Source: the human T2T-CHM13v2.0 reference genome, Homo sapiens
DNA length: 64,000 nucleotides
Direction: 5' to 3' (one strand)
Assembly: GCF_009914755.1 (NCBI RefSeq)
Contig: NC_060936.1
This document shows positions 56,756 to 64,000 of this stretch, piece after piece; positions within the stretch are counted from its first letter, which is position 1; the number at the start of each line of letters is the position of its first letter. The notes under the pieces were generated by a model. It worked only from the letters and a program-made list of their open reading frames with translations, searched no databases and was not told the DNA's origin. A program made the translations under genes and the position numbers.

Positions 56756-59722
56756 CCCTTGGATTTTAGGCAAGGATTTCTTTTGAAGCCATTTCAGGTG
56801 GAGTGGCTCTTTTTTTCCCATAATATTTATTTGTATATCTATTATGATCACCTCAGTGTTTACGTGAAAAACCTTTCTGAAAATTGTAAAATGATTCATA
56901 AAACTTTAAATCAAGTTAATTTTTTTTCTCAAAAGAAATAAACAGGGTAGGAAAATAAGAGAAAAAAATATATTTGTACTTTTTCCCCCCATATCACATT
57001 AATCTGAGTAACACATAAACTTTTATGGAGAAAAGTGAAACCTCAGATAACATTAATTTATAACCAGGATTTATTATCCTGCTTTTCCATTATAAAAATT
57101 TTTGTATCCAAGCCTCTGTCATTCTCAAGGATTTTTTGGATTCACTTATTTCTCAGATTATATCAGCATTGTCATGTAGTGCTCTGATTGTTTTCACTAT
57201 GGTGAAGCAAGAAGTTGGTAGCAGCAATACATTCTTATTTGCTTTGTGTCCAGTGAACACCATTTTATCTTTGCAGCGATGGCCTTCTAACATTTGACAT
57301 CAGAGGTTTTTGTTTGAAATTAATGAAATTATTATTAGTTTTAATTTCACTTCAGATAAAAATTGAAAATAATCACTTGGGGTAACAGTAAGTTCACAAA
57401 CCACACTACCAAGCATCTTAATAAGATGATTCTGTGCCATCCAGGAAGATTGATGCCAGTCGGAAAATGACCTGTCATCTTGCTATGAGTAGTTATTGCA
57501 TTTCCTTTATTCACTTGTGGATTCATGTAGGAATCTAGTACCTATACTGGATTCCTAAAATGTACTGACTTTAATACTCAAGGTGCTGGTGGGGCCTTTT
57601 ATTTTCATTTTAATTTGAATGCACATTTTAAAGAAAGGAATAAATTCTATCACACCATTTCAAAAAGCATATCAATCATCCATAAATGAGAAGCAGATAT
57701 ATTAAGATTATTATATTCTAACTTACAGTCTACTTGTAGATATGTATTTCATTATTTTCAACTTGATTTGAAGCTTCTCTTGGTAAAACATCTACCTTAT
57801 ACATTCTTTTTCAGAATGTAAATGCCTTATACATTCTTTTTCAGCTTTGACAGAACCTAACAAATTGCCTTATTCATCAGAGTATTGCATGTTTGTTGAA
57901 TCAAATTACATTTGATTAAATCTAATGACAGGATAGTTATTTTGAGGATGGGGAAGATATATTTATTTTTGTATTTATTTTGCGATTATACATTGTAACG
58001 TTCATTAACATGTACAAGCAATTTAAATTTAGAAACGTATACTCCAATCAATATTAATCTTCATTACAAAAATTCCTCTACTAAATACCACCTGCGTGGT
58101 CAAAAATGGCGAGTCTCATGGTTTTCAAGAAATATTCACATAGAAACCAAATGACAAGTAATAGCCAACACCTGCTGCCTTTAGGCAAACTGTAATTAAA
58201 GTCCCCTATGTTTAGAAACATAGAAGTGTTCTGCTATCTAGATAGTAGACATGCAAAATCATTTTATTTGGCAACATTTTTCTTCTTGATATATACATAT
58301 CTGTGTGAAATAAGTCACATAGCCATTCATTGGCTATGTGACAAAACACATTTACCTTCTTAGTACAGGGTTCATTGATTTTATTGATTTGTTTTCCTAG
58401 GGCTTACTTCTGACTGTAAAGCTACTAAATTATAATTTTCAAAAAGGTAAAATCATAAATATTATATAAACAAGTATGGGCTAAATGTTTGTTTAACTCA
58501 ATTAGTATGAGCAGCCATACGATGTTATAACCCATTCAAGAGATAATATGGCAACCAGCCCTTCAAAAATACTGAAATTAATTTGCCAATAGATCCAAAA
58601 CTGCTTAATGTTTCATACAGCCATGATAAGTAATATTTGGGTTTCTTTTTTCTATAGAACAGAAACTAATTTTATCTTTTCTTTCTTTGTGCCACTCAGT
58701 TTTTTTTTTTATTATTTTCTTTTACAAAGATGTAAAAATGGCTGAATCAACAGAAAGCCAGTTACATTTGTATATCCTTTTGAATTAGATAAAACTCTGA
58801 GGGTGCAATAAAAGGGCATCCAGTACTCTTTTTTTGTCAATTCCAAATCTTGGACATTTTTTTTATTTTCATAAAAGGGCATCTAATGTGGGAATGTAAT
58901 TTTGATATTTAATCTTCTCCAGGATTAACTAGAGCCTATCGCAATTTATTTTTTAAAAAAAGGCTATTCAATAGTGTGATTAATTTTTGATGGGTATAAA
59001 CTTTTGATATGCAAGATGGTGGTTCATATCATAGCTAGATACCAGAGTCATTCAAATTCAGAGGTAACTCTTAGAAGTTTCTAATTCTGTGGCTTTTCTG
59101 AGCTCAATTCTGTCAAATCAAAGCTATTTCTTCCTTTCTCTGCTTCTCTAGCCACTAAGGATTTATGATCTGGTTTAAATTACAGGCTCAACTTTTTAAT
59201 TAAATGCAAAGCTATTTCCAGTTTCCAAGATCAGAAACTCATTAGATTTCCTCTTTAACTTCCACATCCAGAAGTCTTTTTAGTTCTGTTTATTGTGAGC
59301 CAGGTAAACTTTTTGCTGTTAAGTGTAGCCAAGAGTGACAGTGGGAGGGGAGTTCAAATATATTTTCTCTGACAGTATATGCTGATGGATCCCTTATTCC
59401 CTGATGAAAGTCAGGATTGGTTTCACTTTTTAGGGTGATGGCGGGGGCGGGTGTCATACTCCCTGAGAAGGACATGTTAGCCAAATAAAGAAAATAATAA
59501 CATTAAAAAAAACATACACACACACACACAGTTTGGGAAGCACTCCTTCCCATTTCAAGTCAGTGAGAACATTTGCACAGAGCTAGATTTCCAAGGGATC
59601 ATTGTGTAAGAGTGTAGCTATGGGCTTGATAAACTTACTATTTTATAGACGAATCCTTTGTTCTATATAGTGACCTGCAGAGTGACCTGCCATACTATTT
59701 ACCACATATGGAAACATAGTTA

Positions 59723-60144
59723 TGATAAGAGAAAAACTTCAGCCGAATTAAATTTAAAAGAGTTTAATTAAATGGTGAATGATCCACAAATCGGGCAGCC
59801 CCCAGAATCACAGCAGATTCACAGAGACTCCACTGCAGCCACGTGGTGGAAAAATATTTACAGACAAAAAAAAAAAAAAGGAAACGATGTACAGAAATTG
59901 AAAGTGAGGTATAGAATAAGTTGGCATTAGCCTCATTTGAACACAGTTTGAACACTCAGCAGTGTATGAATGGTTGAAGTATGATGGCTGAGATTGGCCA
60001 AGACTCAGCTATTGTTACAGATGCATACTCCTAAGTCAGGTTTTCAATCTTGTCTACCTATTAAGCTAGGTTGCAGTTTCTCCACAAGGACTCAAATATA
60101 GAAGTACAGAGTCCTTCTCGGGCCACATTTAGTTCATGTTAACA
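59723..60144 (-). mobile_element. ERV1 solo LTR (MER57-like)
   Basis: tcgggcagcccccagaatcacagcag; tttgaacacagtttgaacac; TG...CA ends with TSD GTTA. Confidence 0.85.
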
Positions 60145-60239
60145 GTTAGTAGTTCCTTGAAGCTCTTTCCAAATGTAGTAAAATCACACTCTGTTTATAT
60201 GAGTAAAACATGCTTTCACATTCTGTTATTTACCAATGA

Positions 60240-61960
60240 TGTGAAAGCTAGATGAAAGGCAGGTAAGCCTAAAGTCAAAGATCCGAATTAAGTGACTATT
60301 TCAATAGTCTGAGTAAAGTATGGAACTAAGGAAGTCGTTGTGGGAAAAGAAAGATAGTTGAAAAGCATAATTTTTAGGATTTGATGAATTAGGTATGAGT
60401 AGACAGCAGGGCCTAAGCTGACTCAAAGATGTCAGGACTCAGTATCTCTGTAGACAGAGGGTTCATTAAGTGAGGTTTTTGTATATGAGTAGTAGGTAGA
60501 TTATGTGAAATTTGTCACAATAGTAATAAGTAGGTTTTTAACTATTCTGAAGGTAAGTTCAGTATCTAATCTGGAGATGCACATTTGAGGCTATTGAGCC
60601 TATAGGGCATGGTTAAAATCAAGAGTGTTGATATTGCAAAAGAGGGTATGTGCATGGAAAGAAAAGACTGAGAATCCAGGGTCAGAAACCTGATGGCAGA
60701 GCCAAAAAAGTGACTAAAAAGAATGAATTAAGAGGTCAGCGAAAAACTCTGGAGAGATACATTGGTATCAATTGGGTCACTGGAAAGAGTGCTTAAGATT
60801 GTGTGCCTTGAGTATGCATATAGAGACAAAGACCCAATAGAGATTGCAGCAGTTAAATACATAAGAGAAAGTAGATAACCTTGATGGACAAATATGCTAG
60901 AAAAGACAGGAGATGATGGGTAGAGATAAGTTACTTGACATTTAAAGGAAGAATACAACCTCTTATTCTTATCTGAGAATAAAGAAAGAGCACATGCAGT
61001 TATAAATAATGTTGTATGAAGGGGAAAGGGAGTTGGAATAGTTCATGCCTGATGACCTCAATTTTATTTAAAGACTGAAAGTAAGTTTGTTATGTGTGAG
61101 GTTTAGCTTATTCAGAAAATCTAAATGGAAGGATGAGTACATGAAAGGTTCTTAACAGAAAGAAAAAGGTAACTGACCAAGGAAAACAAAAATTGTTGAA
61201 TGTTTCTGGAGTTCAGATGAAATAAAATTCTATTAATATATAGTGACCCAAATATATGCAATTCTATGATTTTCTTCAGTAGTAGCAGATGTGTGTGTGA
61301 AGAGGGTGAAAACACTTGTTCAAATGAGTCCCAGTGACTAGCAAAGCAGCAATTTCGGTCAGAGAGGAAAGTTCAAGATGAGACTAATACACTGGAAAAA
61401 AATAACTCCAGATATCTCTATAAAATCAAAGAGTAGGCCATGAAAGTGAGGGTCTGAGGAACTACAATGTTAGGAGATAAACATTTTGAGGTTCCTGGTT
61501 TCTGCTGAGACATATTTTTTGTGATAAGAAGGTCCAAAGTGAATCCCTTAATATAAAGAAAGAAGTATAATCAAACAGAAGTTGATTGAATTTAAAGCAA
61601 TTGTGAATTTATGAGATGAGATCTATAGTTATTTCCTTCTCTGGTCTTCGAAATTACTATGACTGATTATAGTACATGAGATAGAGAAAAACACTGATTC
61701 CGATGCCAAGAACTTTAATTGATATGAGAGAGTGATACAAAGATTTTTTGATTAAATTGTAAAGAGGAAAAATAAACAGCAATATGCTCAGAGCCTGTGA
61801 ATTTCAAATGAAGAGAGAATTTTACAAGAGAGTAGAAAGTGAGAATTTTGAAATCAAGAATAATAATTGCACTTTTGGTTCTTATGGCTTATGTGTGAAG
61901 AAGTATCTTCTTAATGGGATGGTTTAATAGAAGAGTTTTCTTCTAGTAAGGGAGGTAGAA
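60240..61960 (-). mobile_element. Degraded L2 body
   Basis: Long purine-rich tract with L2-like motifs (ttaggatttgatg..ctggagatg..atttgagg). Confidence 0.5.
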
Positions 61961-61966
61961 ATCAAA

Positions 61967-62748
61967 TGAAGCTGCCTTTGCAAAACTTATGACAGTGAGA
62001 GAAATCTGATATCACTTACTCCATCTTGCTTCTAACCTCACAAGCTAACTGCATTTGTTAACGTTAAAACAAAGATGATAACAGTCCTTTCCTCAAACTA
62101 ATCACATCCTTGCTCAGGGACTGAAACTTGCCTTTGTAAGATGAATGGAAGTCCACGAGGTTAGGATTACAAGAGGGGTCAGAATTCTGCTAAAATGTAG
62201 ATGTAGCTGAACGATAAGCAGACATTGTCTTCTAGCTTGCTTTTTTATGATTCCTTACTGCTCAGGGGTTAAGCAGCCAGAGGCCACAAGATTTGTAACT
62301 TCCTCAGTTGCTCCTATAGATTATATCTCTATTGTAAATCCTGAGATTAGCCTTTGAGATATTTTTTAGGCTTTTGCATTCTGGTTACCACCTGACTCTG
62401 TTTGGACTCACCCAGACCTGTGATTCACACTAAGAAACTGACTCAACTGGTCTTTAGGCCCCTATCCAGAAACTGACCCACGATGTAAAGTCCATTTTTG
62501 ACCCTCTAGGATTTCATCCTCATCCAACCAATCAGCATTCTCAATTGCTAGCCCCCTGCCTGCCAAACTATCCTTGAAAAATCTTAGCCTCTGAATTCTC
62601 AGGAAGGTAGATTTGAGAAATGTCTCCTGTTCCCCTGCTTGGCTGTCCCTATGATAATTAAACTTTTCCTTTGCTGCAATACCTGCTGTTCTCAGTACAT
62701 TGGCTTTTCTGCATGACTGAAAAGATGAACCTATTGGGCTGCTCCACA
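61967..62748 (+). mobile_element. ERV1 solo LTR (LTR8-like)
   Basis: tgaagctgcctttgcaaaa..ctccatcttgcttctaacctc..aaccaatcagca..gaacctattggg. Confidence 0.8.
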
Positions 62749-62910
62749 AGTATTAGGGACATTGTTAAGAAGAGCCAGCTTTTTGTATGATGGATATTTT
62801 TAAATGTTAGACTAGTAATTCGAAAAGTATATTTGAAAGGCGTGGGAAGTAGGGTAAGAGGAAGCACAGTTCCATGAGAGAGTAAGGTTCAGTAGATAAT
62901 ACAAAAACAG

Positions 62911-63317
62911 TGTCAAACTGAAAGAAAGAAGTTGAAGCAAAACTAATATAGGTAGAGAGTTTATTTGGGCCAAGCTTGAGGATTGCAACCCTGGAGCATA
63001 GATTCAAGTTGTCCTGAATATACACTCTGATTAGCAATAGCAATAAGTAGGTTTTTAAATTAAAATAAAAGGCAGTTCCTAAGTTGTTCTCCAATAATTT
63101 ACATTAAAATATCAAAAGCTATTCATTGGCTATATGTTGTTTTTCGTGTCACAAATCCCCAAAACATGAAGATAATGGGTAAGGTCGCTAATCGGGAACA
63201 AAATGATTTTAAACAATCGCTCCCAGGCAACGGAAAGGAGACCAGATTATGCTCATGTCTTTTCTGACCTGGGTACCCTACAGAGTCAGACTGCTCTGAG
63301 TTATTTTTCTTTTCTCA
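62911..63317 (-). mobile_element. ERV1 solo LTR (MER101/MER93-like, subfamily uncertain)
   Basis: TG...CA ends with TSD ACAG; gagagtttatttgggccaagcttgaggattgcaacc. Confidence 0.7.
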
Positions 63318-64000
63318 ACAGTGAGATGTTCACAGTGAAATCCTCTGTGATGAGCATGATGCAAAGACCAGGGTTGCAAAACACATTGCAATGCTCTGGC
63401 CATAAACTTTGAAACTCTAATGTCAACACGGGCATAGAGCCTCCTGGTGTCGCAGAGAGGGAAGCTCATGTGATGGCTTCTAAGGCTTTTGGAATCAGAG
63501 TGAAAGAATTGATTGATTCTAGGCCTATAAGATAGCATTTGCCTTTTCAAATAGATTTTACATTTTCTCTTTTTTGCTACTGATCACGCTCAGAGGACAT
63601 GTTTTGTTGTTGTTGTTCTTAACCCCAGATCTTCTCTTTTGAGCAAGCTCTGTCATTTGCAATATTCTTTCTGGTGTGGCACCCAGACAGTAATAGCATA
63701 CACAGTATCTTCTATCTTAAACATGGAAGACTAAAATGTCCCCACTGAAAATATGATGCAAGGGAATAATGTGTTAGTTCATTTAACATTATGCTATGAC
63801 TTAAATTGAACTCATTAACTCCCAAATAGAGCCCAGTACTTATCTTTATATATGTATTTTAAAATAAAGCCCTTCTCTTTATAGTGTTATATTTGATCAG
63901 ACTGTCAATATTATGAATCCATCATGAATACACTGTACTGATGTTCCTTCCCAATTTTGTGTTTTTTTAAATTTTGTTAAGTTGGAATCATCAACATTAA

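Overview
AT-rich, CpG-poor primate (human-like) intronic or intergenic DNA. I recognise no protein-coding gene, RNA gene, CpG island or CRISPR-like system. The longer ORFs in the track nearly all derive from Alu, L1 or MaLR sequence; the rest resemble no protein I know. Roughly half the window is interspersed repeat: about 11 Alus, five primate-era L1 3' fragments, ancient L1M ORF1 remnants, a complete two-LTR THE1 (MaLR) provirus with an intact 5-bp target-site duplication (TSD), about 10 solo LTRs, hAT DNA transposons, and MIR/L2/L3 relics. The best observations are local. They include a perfect DUX4 motif in one THE1 LTR, an ancient L1 carrying three younger insertions, and a 69-bp x3 minisatellite near nested hairpins. 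There are also several aberrant Alus, template-switch scars, and a few splice-flanked + strand candidate exons or microexons, weakly supported by a minus-strand bias of L1/LTR elements. Subfamily names come from my recollection of consensus sequences and need RepeatMasker/Dfam confirmation. I found no evidence for a new biological system.
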